Assembly: GCA_947074125.1 (NCBI GenBank) | Contig: CAMTOM010000001.1 | Location: 1-25,792, forward strand | Direction: 5' to 3' | Length of the DNA stretch: 25,792 nucleotides | DNA from: an uncultured Desulfovibrionaceae bacterium | GTDB lineage: Bacteria; Desulfobacterota; Desulfovibrionia; Desulfovibrionales; Desulfovibrionaceae | In this document: positions 6,211 through 15,538 of the stretch, one piece after another | Numbering within the stretch: position 1 is the first letter of the stretch | Layout: each line of letters opens with the position of its first letter | Translations under genes and position numbers: made by a program | The notes under the pieces: model-generated | Database searches by the model: none | Told to the model about the DNA's origin: nothing | The model's input: the letters and a program-made list of their open reading frames with translations, nothing else

Positions 6211-9186
6211 CTATCCTGCATTTTCAGCATTCGCACCTTTTTCATCGGTGTCAGATTCGGACTCGAACGCCTTCTCATTGCCCACGACGGAAATAAAAAC
6301 ATCATCCCGAAATTCTGCTTCCATCTCTCTGGCCAATTCCACACAGCGCGTACGCGCCAACTCGACATCAAAATCATCCAGAGCGATCAAAATGCCCTGT
6401 ACACGTGCCTCCCAGGGGGTACCCGCAAAAACCTTGACGAAATGTGACATCGCTTCATGGACACGCCCCCAGTCAAATTCCATAATACGCGGTACCTGAC
6501 GCAAAGCCTCAGGGAAGCGTTCCCGTACATCGGCATCCAGAGGCTGTTGCTGGCTCGAAAGAGGTTTGCCCTCTCCCTCTTGATGCAGCACCTCACTGCA
6601 TGAGGCAAGGAATGTTCCCATAACAGCTTCAAAGCGCTCTGAAACCTCTGCGGGCAAGACACCTGTTGTGAGATGATTTTCAATGGTACGCGCAACTTTG
6701 GAGAGATCATCTGCCCCAAGATTCGCTGCAATCCCTTTTACACTGTGAATGAAGCAAAGAGCTTCATCTATTTTGCCACGCTCCAGCAAGTCACGCAAAT
6801 CTTTGGGAGCCGAGCCATAACGACCAGCAAAGCGGGAAAGAAGACTCACATACAAAGAACGATTAATCGCAACAGTACGCAAGCAAACCTGCATATTAAA
6901 ACCTGGATACTCTTCTCTTGAGGCATCCACAGGTATTTCAACATTTCTATGTGCCACAAGTGAAATGACATTCCCACCCTGCATTTCTGCTTTATTTTTT
7001 TCACCGTCAGAGATCGAAGAAGCAAGGCGCGCTGTGTGTGTTGTTTCTTCCCCGGCACCATTTCCAGAAGACTGACCATTCTCAGGCTGTTTTCTGCCTG
7101 GCAAAGGACAGGGGAGCCATTCTTCCAGCGCACTGTAAAAGACTACTGGATCAATGGGTTTTGTCAGATGGGCGCTCATCCCTGCCTCAATACAGTTTGC
7201 CTTGTCCACATCAGTCGCATGTGCTGTCATGGCTAAAATGGGCAGGCGCGCGTACTTGCCCCCCAAGGCCCGTATGTAACGTGTAGCCTGCAAGCCATCC
7301 ATAACGGGCATACGCACATCCATCAGCACAAGATCAATATTTTCCTGCTGTATCTGCACAAGCGCTTCTTCTCCATTGCTGGCAAGAGTCACTTCCACGC
7401 CAACGCTCCGAAGCAGTTCCTCGGCAATTTGCTGGTTGATACTATTGTCTTCCACCACAAGCACTCGTGGCACAAAAGCTTCACTATGCCGGATATCACG
7501 CTCAATGGGAGTGCAGGGGCGCACATCCGCTTCGCAGGGGAAAGAAATTTCCAGAAGAAACGCACTCCCCACATTCGGTGCGCTGCGCACTTGCAATGTT
7601 CCCCCCATGGCTTCCGTCAACTGCTTTGCCAAAGCCAAACGCAATCCCAATCCGCCCTCACGACGCGTCATGGATTCCTCACCCAGCCTGAAAGGCGTGA
7701 AGAGAGCGCTCAATTCCGCATGATTCATGCCACAGCCCGTGTCTTCCACGGTAAAGCGCAAACGTGCGCTGTCGGTATCTCTGGCAAGCAGATCTATGGC
7801 AAGCAGTACCCGCCCCTTACTGGTAAACTTGATACCATTATCCAGCAGAATGCTCAGCACCTGTTCAAGATGGTGTTCGTTCCCCACAACTTCAGCCGGC
7901 ACATATTCGCCCACTGAAAGATGCAACTGGATACCTTTTTCACGGCAAAAAGGAATATGCCGTTTGCCAAGACGCATACTCAAACGCAGCAAGTCTATGG
8001 GAGCACTCACAAAGAAAAGGCGGTCAGAGGTCAAGCCTGTGTACTCTAAAAGGTCATCCAGCATCTTCAGGAGAGAAAGACCTGCGACACGTATCTTCTC
8101 AAGATAGTCATGCTGTGCGGCATTCAGGTCTGTCTGCATGCACAGGTAACTGATGCCATTGATAGCATTCAGGGGCGTACGCAGCTCATGGTTCATGCGA
8201 GCAAGAAAATCTTCTTTCACACGCGAAGCATTACGGGCAATAGAGAGCGCCTCCTGTGCTTCTCCGCGAGCACGCACGGCCTCTTCCTCATTTGTTCTTG
8301 CCCTGTTCTCAGCGACACGCAATTCAGCTATCCGTTCATGCAGACGCTGCATAACCCGACTAAAGCAACGCCTGAGTTCACTGATTTCATTATTCCCCTT
8401 GATGGGGGTTATTTCAACAAAGCTCTCTGATTCAGCCAGGACTTCTGCCATGGCACAGGTATCATGCAAAGGCGCAAGCACACGCCGTCGCATAATCCAC
8501 ATATTCACCAAAAGCACCAGAATGGTTATGCCAAGCACAGCAGACACAACAATAGTCCACATTTTTGCGTACCACTGCTGTTCTGCAATCTGCGCGCTGA
8601 CTCTTTCATGTGATTTGACAAAGAATTTATCGAAGACTGCGTGAATCCTGTCCATTTCTTCCGAATAAAAAGGACCAAAAAGCATGGAACGGGCGATTTC
8701 CACATTAGAACTTGCCTGAGTAAATCGCCCCTTCTTTTTGCTGGAATAATACACCCGCGCCAATACCATGGCTGCTTCCTGATGGCTGACCAACTGATCC
8801 ATATATTTTTCTGCTTCGGAAAGGAGGAGAAACTCATTCTCGGAAAGTTCCTCCTGATCCAAAAGCTGCAATAGAGAAATTTTCTTGCCCGGAGCAACAA
8901 TGGCATTGTTCGGTCGGGGCACCTCACCACGACGGATACCCAAAATAGCCTGGAAGGCATCCATATCACTGGCAGTACCCGTGTTCACATAATCCCGTGA
9001 CTTGGCACTCTGGGCAAAAGCGGAACGAGCCAGCTCAGACACAAGAATATGTGTTCGCTGTAGATGTTCACTCAAGACATCAATGGCATTTACACTGCGG
9101 ATAAGCGAATAGAACGTGATGGCCAAAATACTCAGCATACAGACCAAAAACGTCCAAAACAGTGAAAAATGCTTTCTGATAGTCAT
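6211..9186 (-). CDS. membrane-bound hybrid sensor histidine kinase (TM-sensor-TM-HAMP-like-HisKA-HATPase-REC-Hpt)
   Basis: GGAG lies 8 nt before ATG9186. H-box MNHELRTPLNAI, N-box LLDNGIKFT, G1 VEDTGCGM, receiver VEDN..LMDVRMPVMDG..KP and Hpt IHSVKGIAANLGA. Confidence 0.94.
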   Translation of the reverse strand: MTIRKHFSLFWTFLVCMLSILAITFYSLIRSVNAIDVLSEHLQRTHILVSELARSAFAQSAKSRDYVNTGTASDMDAFQAILGIRRGEVPRPNNAIVAPGKKISLLQLLDQEELSENEFLLLSEAEKYMDQLVSHQEAAMVLARVYYSSKKKGRFTQASSNVEIARSMLFGPFYSEEMDRIHAVFDKFFVKSHERVSAQIAEQQWYAKMWTIVVSAVLGITILVLLVNMWIMRRRVLAPLHDTCAMAEVLAESESFVEITPIKGNNEISELRRCFSRVMQRLHERIAELRVAENRARTNEEEAVRARGEAQEALSIARNASRVKEDFLARMNHELRTPLNAINGISYLCMQTDLNAAQHDYLEKIRVAGLSLLKMLDDLLEYTGLTSDRLFFVSAPIDLLRLSMRLGKRHIPFCREKGIQLHLSVGEYVPAEVVGNEHHLEQVLSILLDNGIKFTSKGRVLLAIDLLARDTDSARLRFTVEDTGCGMNHAELSALFTPFRLGEESMTRREGGLGLRLALAKQLTEAMGGTLQVRSAPNVGSAFLLEISFPCEADVRPCTPIERDIRHSEAFVPRVLVVEDNSINQQIAEELLRSVGVEVTLASNGEEALVQIQQENIDLVLMDVRMPVMDGLQATRYIRALGGKYARLPILAMTAHATDVDKANCIEAGMSAHLTKPIDPVVFYSALEEWLPCPLPGRKQPENGQSSGNGAGEETTHTARLASSISDGEKNKAEMQGGNVISLVAHRNVEIPVDASREEYPGFNMQVCLRTVAINRSLYVSLLSRFAGRYGSAPKDLRDLLERGKIDEALCFIHSVKGIAANLGADDLSKVARTIENHLTTGVLPAEVSERFEAVMGTFLASCSEVLHQEGEGKPLSSQQQPLDADVRERFPEALRQVPRIMEFDWGRVHEAMSHFVKVFAGTPWEARVQGILIALDDFDVELARTRCVELAREMEAEFRDDVFISVVGNEKAFESESDTDEKGANAENAG

Positions 9187-9219
9187 CAGCCCAACTCCAT
9201 TCCACACATGCAGCAGATC

Positions 9220-9248
9220 TTGCGAGATGTACTAAAGTAGCATAGCCT
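9220..9248 (+). promoter_or_regulatory. possible sigma70 promoter for the DMT gene
   Basis: TTGCGA, 17-bp spacer, TAGCCT in the 89-bp divergent spacer. Confidence 0.4.
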
Positions 9249-9275
9249 GCGCCCAAAACAACACTGGAAGCATCC

Positions 9276-10193
9276 ATGCTCTATCGCCTACTGCCACATT
9301 GCGCCCTGCTTATTGCCATGTTCGTCTGGGGTTCTTCATTCATTGCCTTGAAAATCGCACTCACGGCTTTTACCCCCCTGGAAATCATGGGAGGACGCAT
9401 GACCATCGCCGCGATCATCATCGCGCCCGTCTTACGGTCTCTCTGGCGTAGCATACAACAGCATGGTCAAAAAAAAATCATTCTTTTCATGGTTTGCAGT
9501 GAGCCATGCCTCTATTTCCTCTGCGAAACAAATGCCTTGCGCTTCACTTCTGCCTCACAGGCAGGAATGCTGGTCGCACTTTTACCGCTTTGTGTCGCAA
9601 CAACAGCTTTCTTTCTCCTCAAAGAAAAGTCAAGCCCCCGCAGCCTGTTTGGTTTATCCTTGGCCATTACAGGTGCCATATGGCTCAGCTATGGCAGCAT
9701 CGCTACCGAAAGTGCGCCCAAGCCCATATTGGGGAACTGCCTGCAAGCAATTGCCATCATGTGTGGCGCTGCCTATACCGTATGTGCCAAAAAACTCGCA
9801 CCACACTATAAGGCGCTCGAACTCACATCCATGCAGGTTTTTGCAGGTTTTCTTTTCTACCTGCCGCTTTCCCTGCTTCCTTTCTCTTCTGCCGTGGTCA
9901 CCCTACCTGTTGCACTTCCCACATGGCTACCTTTTATGATGGTCATCTATCTTGGCAGTTGTGTCACTTTTGGCGGATACGGACTCTATAATTATGGCAT
10001 CCGGCATCTTAAAGCAGGACAGGCAGCCGCCTATACCAATCTTATTCCTGTTTGCACGCTCGCGATGGGAGTCCTGTTTCTGGAAGAACATTTTTCACCC
10101 ACACAATATCTGGCTTCCGCTCTTGTTATTGCAGGAGTGCTGCTCAGCCAGCAACAAAAACTTTTTCATATCCGCCCTTCGCAACGCTCCTGA
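9276..10193 (+). CDS. DMT/EamA-family transporter
   Basis: About 10 hydrophobic segments in two EamA-like repeats (WGSSFIA.K; ALRFTSASQAG; YNYGIRHLKAGQAAAYTNLIPV). Confidence 0.93.
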   Translation: MLYRLLPHCALLIAMFVWGSSFIALKIALTAFTPLEIMGGRMTIAAIIIAPVLRSLWRSIQQHGQKKIILFMVCSEPCLYFLCETNALRFTSASQAGMLVALLPLCVATTAFFLLKEKSSPRSLFGLSLAITGAIWLSYGSIATESAPKPILGNCLQAIAIMCGAAYTVCAKKLAPHYKALELTSMQVFAGFLFYLPLSLLPFSSAVVTLPVALPTWLPFMMVIYLGSCVTFGGYGLYNYGIRHLKAGQAAAYTNLIPVCTLAMGVLFLEEHFSPTQYLASALVIAGVLLSQQQKLFHIRPSQRS

Positions 10194-10239
10194 CAGGCTT
10201 CCCGTGCATCTCTGACAGACCACTGTCATACATCAGAGA

Positions 10240-11385
10240 TCAGTCTTCAACAACACGCACATCAGGATACTTTTTCTTCAGGCGCCCTGCAAAGTTTTCC
10301 GCACGCTCCAAAGCATCCCATGGCCCCAAAAGCACACTCCAGAATTCCGGCTGCTTTTGCAGGGAAAAAGCCCTGTAGCCTTCACGCTGGAGTTGTAAAG
10401 CCAAACGTGCTGCGGCATCTCGCTTCGCAAAGTTTTTTACCAGTACCGCATACTGAACAGGCGTAAGCCGCTCTTCCTGGGAAAGCGTGATCTGCTCAGG
10501 TGACGGTGCGGGCACACTTGTCATATGCTGTGCGATGCCTGCTTCCGCACGCAGACCAATCGCATCAGAAAGCAAAAGGCCACGCCGCCTGCTCTTAGAA
10601 GTTGTTGCGGACTGCTGTGCTCCTGCTTGTGGCCGATTTACACTTGCGGCGGCTCCTGACTTTGAAGGTTTTTGCGCCCCCACCTTTGTCAGATTTGTAT
10701 TTCCAGAAACTCTTTGCGGTACTGCTTCTGTCTGTGCGGACATATATTGCGCAATTGCTTGCTGACGCAATAACTCTTCTGCAACCACAGGAGGCAGATC
10801 TTCGCGTCCTGCAACCACTGATGGCTCCGCCTTCTGCAAAAGACTTTGCGTTGCGGGTTCAGTAAAAATATCCGATTCCACATCAACAACACGCACCTTG
10901 GTCACAGCGGCAGAGGCAACAGCCCTCTTGCTAAGAGGCACCACAGTCTCAACCACAACATCCACGCGCGTTGTTCCCTTCTGTGAAAAACCCAACTGCT
11001 TTGCCGCAGCATGAGAAAGATCAATAATTCTGCCTTGCCGAAAAGGCCCGCGATCATTGATACGCACACGCAAAGAACGCCCATTGGACAAGTTCTTCAC
11101 CCGCACAATCGTTCCTAAAGGCAGTGTTTTATGTGCTGCTGTTATCGCACCCGCATCAAAAGGTTCTCCACTGGCTGTGGGACGCCCATGAAAAGTAGCA
11201 CCATACCAGGAAGCCAGACCTTCCTCACGCTGCCCAACGGCAGCATTCTGAATATAGTAACGCTTGCCACTCACCTCATAGGATTTGCGCTGGACGCTCG
11301 TCGCGCCACTCTCCTCAGGTGTGCCCAGCAGTAGCACGCAGATGCCAAGTAGCATCCCCATGCCACACCATCTTATATTTTTCAT
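10240..11385 (-). CDS. rlpA: RlpA-family septal lytic transglycosylase (DPBB domain, long linker, SPOR-like domain)
   Basis: GLASWYG..FHGRPTASGE.FD....TAAHKTLPLGT..RV.N..NG....VRINDRGPF...RIIDLS and a C-terminal SPOR-like region. ATG11385 is preferred over the track start at 11409. Confidence 0.92.
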   Translation of the reverse strand: MKNIRWCGMGMLLGICVLLLGTPEESGATSVQRKSYEVSGKRYYIQNAAVGQREEGLASWYGATFHGRPTASGEPFDAGAITAAHKTLPLGTIVRVKNLSNGRSLRVRINDRGPFRQGRIIDLSHAAAKQLGFSQKGTTRVDVVVETVVPLSKRAVASAAVTKVRVVDVESDIFTEPATQSLLQKAEPSVVAGREDLPPVVAEELLRQQAIAQYMSAQTEAVPQRVSGNTNLTKVGAQKPSKSGAAASVNRPQAGAQQSATTSKSRRRGLLLSDAIGLRAEAGIAQHMTSVPAPSPEQITLSQEERLTPVQYAVLVKNFAKRDAAARLALQLQREGYRAFSLQKQPEFWSVLLGPWDALERAENFAGRLKKKYPDVRVVED

Positions 11386-11436
11386 TTTTCCCCTGTTCCC
11401 CGTCGACACGATTATTTCCCCCTATTAATGAAAATA

Positions 11437-12348
11437 TCAATCTGCCCAGGTGACACTTCCCCTCTGATCATGAAAAAGCAGTATTTCCTCAGGCGGTAAG
11501 GTCTGCCTCCCCATAAGGTCACGCAATACACGCCCCTGCTCACCCAAGGTATAACGCTGTTCTGCATCATCCAAAACGGTCAGAGCTTCAGAGACTCGCC
11601 CGCCTTCCCAAAAAGAAAGCGCTGCACCAATATACATGCGCTCAGGAGCATCGCCATAAAGCGATTGCAGCAGTTCCCCATACTGTCCCCTGAAAACACG
11701 TTTGATAGCAGAACTTTCCACATAGAGCAGACGTGCAAGGTAACGATTGCCTCCCTGCTCTGCAAGATAGTGCATAAGCAGTGTACGTCCCTGATCGAGC
11801 ACGTGCATAATACGCATAATTTCACGCTGTATGCTTTCGCACGTTTGTGCTGTGAGCATATTCAATCCCGAAAAAAGTCCATCCCTATTCTGTATGCTAT
11901 GCAATATCTCCGCATAGCGATTCGCATAGTGCTGCTGCAAAAAGGCATCTTCCTTCAGCTTCACACACTCATGAAAGGCATACCCCACGCACCAGTCCAG
12001 CATGGCCTCAATACCACTCTGCCACACCAGCCCATCAGGAACACGCAGTCCGGCATACTGCCACAAGACAACCATATCTGACGGCAAAAGCTCCTTGTTT
12101 CTGTCGGCACAAAGAGGTTCTTTTTCTTTCAGGCGGCGGAACAGGAGGTGTGCGGTGTCCTTAAGACGCCAAAATACACCTTTGCGCATGGATTCGCCCA
12201 AAAGCTCCCGCAAGGCAGCGTATGAGATCGTTCCGTCTCCCTCAAAGCGCTGTTGCTGTTCTTCCAGAACAAGACATACCTTACAATAGTCACGAACGAT
12301 ATCACGAACAAAAACACTTTTATTTGTCTCAAGCCAGCGTCCACTCAT
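11437..12348 (-). CDS. hypothetical protein (helical; TPR-like C-terminus)
   Basis: 303-aa ORF with SD GAGGA 6 nt upstream. ATGA overlap with the upstream gene, and it fills the gap between rlpA and the dsr promoter region. Confidence 0.8.
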   Translation of the reverse strand: MSGRWLETNKSVFVRDIVRDYCKVCLVLEEQQQRFEGDGTISYAALRELLGESMRKGVFWRLKDTAHLLFRRLKEKEPLCADRNKELLPSDMVVLWQYAGLRVPDGLVWQSGIEAMLDWCVGYAFHECVKLKEDAFLQQHYANRYAEILHSIQNRDGLFSGLNMLTAQTCESIQREIMRIMHVLDQGRTLLMHYLAEQGGNRYLARLLYVESSAIKRVFRGQYGELLQSLYGDAPERMYIGAALSFWEGGRVSEALTVLDDAEQRYTLGEQGRVLRDLMGRQTLPPEEILLFHDQRGSVTWAD

Positions 12349-12617
12349 GCCTCATCCTCAGCCAGCAGCGCCTGTGCGACTTTCTCGTCATAGAGGCGCA
12401 TATGGTCAGCCCCCCCATTACCACGCTCCCTGGCATACAGGGCAGCCGCTTCCCGAACAGCAGACATGGGAAGCCAGCCATGCTTTTCCCAAATCTCTGG
12501 AGCATCCTGCCGCCAAAGACGAAATTCCATTGTGCCCTCCGAACCCCGACGTACATATACCCGCAGAGTTCTTTCGTGCACCAAAGGGAAATAATACACT
12601 CCCAGACTGTCTTTCAT
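12345..12617 (-). CDS. small hypothetical protein (about 90 aa), divergent from dsrA
   Basis: Protein-like sequence (GVYYFP..RVYVR..EFRLW..IWEKHGWLP). It is translationally coupled to the next gene. The start is ATG12617, or GTG12632. Confidence 0.75.
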   Translation of the reverse strand: MKDSLGVYYFPLVHERTLRVYVRRGSEGTMEFRLWRQDAPEIWEKHGWLPMSAVREAAALYARERGNGGADHMRLYDEKVAQALLAEDEA

Positions 12618-12873
12618 GACGCTGTTCACCACCTTTGCATTCGTAATTTAGCTGTCGTTATGCTCTTTCCAGAGCGGCTTTGGGCTTTCAGACAAGAGCC
12701 AAAGCCATCAAGCATAAACACGCCCCGCTTTACTAGCATAAGGAAAAGATTACGTCCACAAAGCCAGAATGCCCTCAAAAGCCCGTTTTTAAGGCTCATC
12801 ACGCTTTTTAAAGATGAACTTTCTGCATGGAACTGGTTGTCTTTGGCAGAAAATTAGTATATCACTGAAGAAC

Positions 12874-12891
12874 TTGTGAATATTATGTTGG
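12874..12891 (+). promoter_or_regulatory. possible Rex-box half-site in the dsrA upstream region
   Basis: TTGTGAA (12874-12880) matches the left arm of the Rex consensus TTGTGAA-N4-TTCACAA, but the right arm (ATGTTGG) does not. It abuts a TATTAT hexamer. Confidence 0.2.
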
Positions 12892-13004
12892 CTTTTGCTC
12901 TTTTGGGGCAAGGCTCCCAGAATTGGCCTACCCGATCAGGGTGATGGCTGACAATGATGGCTCCTCACCGAGCCGCACACACAAACCTACCTGGAGGTAT
13001 GGCA

Positions 13005-14318
13005 ATGGCGAAACATGCAACCCCGTTGTTGGACCAACTGGAAAGCGGCCCATGGCCCAGCTTCGTGTCCGACATCAAACAAGAAGCGGCTGCCAGAGCA
13101 GCCAATAAAAACGGGCTTGACTATCAGTTGCCCGTCGATACACCTGAAGATCTTCTGGGCATCCTTGAGCTCTCCTACGAAGAAAAGGAAACCCACTGGA
13201 AGCACGGCGGTATCGTAGGTGTATTTGGTTATGGTGGTGGTGTTATTGGCCGCTACTGTGACCAACCAGAAAAATTTCCCGGTGTAGCGCATTTCCATAC
13301 CGTGCGCGTGGCACAGCCTTCCGGTAAATACTATTCCACAAAGTTCCTGCGTGACCTGTGTGATATCTGGGATCTGCGCGGTTCCGGCATCACAAACATG
13401 CACGGCTCCACAGGTGACATCGTTCTGCTTGGTACACAGACCCCTCAGCTTGAAGAAATCTTCTATGAGCTGACCCACAAAATGAATGTGGACCTTGGCG
13501 GCTCCGGCTCCAACCTGCGTACCCCAGCAGCCTGTCTTGGACAGAGCCGCTGTGAATTTGCCTGCTACAACACGCAGGATATGTGCTACCAGCTCACCAT
13601 GGACTATCAGGATGAATTGCATCGCCCTGCATTCCCCTACAAGTTCAAATTCAAGTTCGACGGCTGCCCCAATGGTTGCGTATGCGCCATGGCACGTTCT
13701 GACTTTGCTGTAGTCGGTACCTGGAAAGACGATATCAAAATCGACCAGGAAAAAGTGAAAGCATACGTTGCTGGCGAATTCAAGCCCAATGCTGGTGCTC
13801 ACTCCGGACGCGATTGGGGCAAATTTGACATTCAGGCCGAAGTTGTCAGCCGCTGCCCAGGCAAATGCATCAGCTGGGATGGCTCCAAGCTTTCCATTAA
13901 AACTGCTGACTGCCTGCGCTGCATGCACTGCATCAATACCATGCCCCGCGCTCTGCATATCGGTAACGAACGCGGCGCGAGCATCCTCCTTGGTGCAAAA
14001 GCTCCTGTTGTTGACGGCGCACAGATGGGCTCCCTGCTCATCCCCTTCATCAACTGCGACGCCCCCTATGACGATGTCAAAGAAGTCATCGAAAAGATTT
14101 GGGACTGGTGGATGGAAGAAGGCAAAAACCGTGAACGTGTCGGTGAAACCATGAAGCGTCTTTCCTTCCAGAAACTGCTGGAAGTGACTGAAGTGGAAGC
14201 CGAAGCTTACCACGTCAAAGAACCCCGCTCCAACCCCTACATCTTCTTCAAGGAAGAAGAAGTACCTGGTGGCTGGGATCGTGACCTTCAGGCGTACCGT
14301 CAGCGCCATCAACGCTAA
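13005..14318 (+). CDS. dsrA: dissimilatory sulfite reductase alpha subunit (reductive type)
   Basis: SD GGAGGT (12993-12998) lies 6 nt before ATG13005, giving 437 aa. Motifs MAKHATPLLDQLESGPWPSFV, THWKHGG, siroheme-[4Fe-4S] CLGQSRC..CPNGC and ferredoxin CLRCMHC. Confidence 0.99.
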   Translation: MAKHATPLLDQLESGPWPSFVSDIKQEAAARAANKNGLDYQLPVDTPEDLLGILELSYEEKETHWKHGGIVGVFGYGGGVIGRYCDQPEKFPGVAHFHTVRVAQPSGKYYSTKFLRDLCDIWDLRGSGITNMHGSTGDIVLLGTQTPQLEEIFYELTHKMNVDLGGSGSNLRTPAACLGQSRCEFACYNTQDMCYQLTMDYQDELHRPAFPYKFKFKFDGCPNGCVCAMARSDFAVVGTWKDDIKIDQEKVKAYVAGEFKPNAGAHSGRDWGKFDIQAEVVSRCPGKCISWDGSKLSIKTADCLRCMHCINTMPRALHIGNERGASILLGAKAPVVDGAQMGSLLIPFINCDAPYDDVKEVIEKIWDWWMEEGKNRERVGETMKRLSFQKLLEVTEVEAEAYHVKEPRSNPYIFFKEEEVPGGWDRDLQAYRQRHQR

Positions 14319-14336
14319 TTTCAGGGAGAATCCGAT

Positions 14337-15482
14337 ATGGCTTTTATTTCTTCCGGGTACAATCCCGCAAAACCTATGGAAGGCCGCATTTCTGATATTG
14401 GCCCCCATAAATATGATGACTACTTCCCTCCTTTCATTGCGAAAAACTTTGGGAAGTGGCTCTATCACGAAATTCTTGAGCCTGGTGTACTGGTACACGT
14501 GGCAGAAAGCGGTGACAAAGTTTACACCGTCCGCGTGGGTGGTACACGTACCATGTCCATCACCAACATTCGTGAACTGTGTGACATCGCAGACAAGCAC
14601 TGCGGTGGCTACCTTCGCTTCACCACTCGTAACAACATCGAGTTCATGGTGGACAGCGAAGCCGCTGTTGGCCCTCTGAAAGATGACCTCACCAGCCGCA
14701 AGTTCCCCGGTGGTTCCTTCAAATTCCCTGTGGGCGGCACTGGCGCTGGTATCAGCAACATGGTGCACACTCAGGGTTGGGTACACTGTCATACGCCTGC
14801 TACGGACGCTTCCGGCCCCGTAAAATGCGTCATGGATGCCCTGTTTGACGACTTCAAATCCATGAGACTGCCTGCTCCTGTGCGTATCGCACTGGCTTGC
14901 TGTATCAACATGTGCGGTGCTGTGCACTGTTCAGACATCGGTCTTGTAGGTATCCACCGCAAGCCCCCCATGGTTGACCATGAATGGGCTGACCAGTTGT
15001 GCGAAATCCCCCTGGCTGTTGCGGCATGTCCTACTGCTGCCGTTCGTCCCACCAAGGTGGAATTTAACGGTCAGAAAATCAACACCATCGCCATCAAAGC
15101 AGAACGCTGCATGTACTGCGGTAACTGCTACACCATGTGTCCTGCGCTGCCTATTTCTGACAGCGAAGGCGATGGTGTTGCCATCATGGTTGGCGGTAAG
15201 GTTTCCAACCGTATCTCCGTGCCCAAGTTCTCCAAGGTTGTTGTGGGTTACATCCCCAACGAACCACCTCGCTGGCCTACACTGACCAAAACGGTCAAAC
15301 ACATTGTTGAAGTGTACGCCGCCGACGCTCAGAAATACGAACGTATGGGCGACTGGATTGAACGCATTGGCTGGCAGTCTTTCTTCAAGCTGACGGGTCT
15401 CAAGTTTACCCATCACTTGATCGACGACTTCCGTGATCCTGCCTACTATACGTGGCGCCAGAGCACGCAGTTCAAATTTTAA
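14337..15482 (+). CDS. dsrB: dissimilatory sulfite reductase beta subunit
   Basis: 381 aa with [46 protein letters not shown] and C-terminal WRQSTQFKF. Confidence 0.99.
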   Translation: MAFISSGYNPAKPMEGRISDIGPHKYDDYFPPFIAKNFGKWLYHEILEPGVLVHVAESGDKVYTVRVGGTRTMSITNIRELCDIADKHCGGYLRFTTRNNIEFMVDSEAAVGPLKDDLTSRKFPGGSFKFPVGGTGAGISNMVHTQGWVHCHTPATDASGPVKCVMDALFDDFKSMRLPAPVRIALACCINMCGAVHCSDIGLVGIHRKPPMVDHEWADQLCEIPLAVAACPTAAVRPTKVEFNGQKINTIAIKAERCMYCGNCYTMCPALPISDSEGDGVAIMVGGKVSNRISVPKFSKVVVGYIPNEPPRWPTLTKTVKHIVEVYAADAQKYERMGDWIERIGWQSFFKLTGLKFTHHLIDDFRDPAYYTWRQSTQFKF

Positions 15483-15498
15483 TTTATCACCCCTTAAC

Positions 15499-15524
15499 CC
15501 CGACGGCGCATCCGCGCCGTCGGG
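15499..15524 (+). other. GC-rich 11-bp hairpin between dsrB and dsrD
   Basis: CCCGACGGCGC-ATCC-GCGCCGTCGGG, with no U-tail. The dsrD SD AGGAG (15527-15531) starts 3 nt after it. Confidence 0.85.
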
Positions 15525-15538
15525 TCAGGAGAAATCAC

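Noticed and set aside
10223-10231. CTGTCATAC shared between hairpins at 10223 and 23341, both between convergent genes
   Set aside because: A shared 9-mer is expected by chance across the spacers of a 26-kb window, and the flanks do not align.
12987-15416. Very long antisense ORFs (646 aa and 161 aa) opposite dsrAB
   Set aside because: These are shadow frames produced by the strong codon bias of highly expressed genes; they have no SD and no motifs. The same applies to 2773..3408, 12222..12857, 20691..21362 and 22108..22608.
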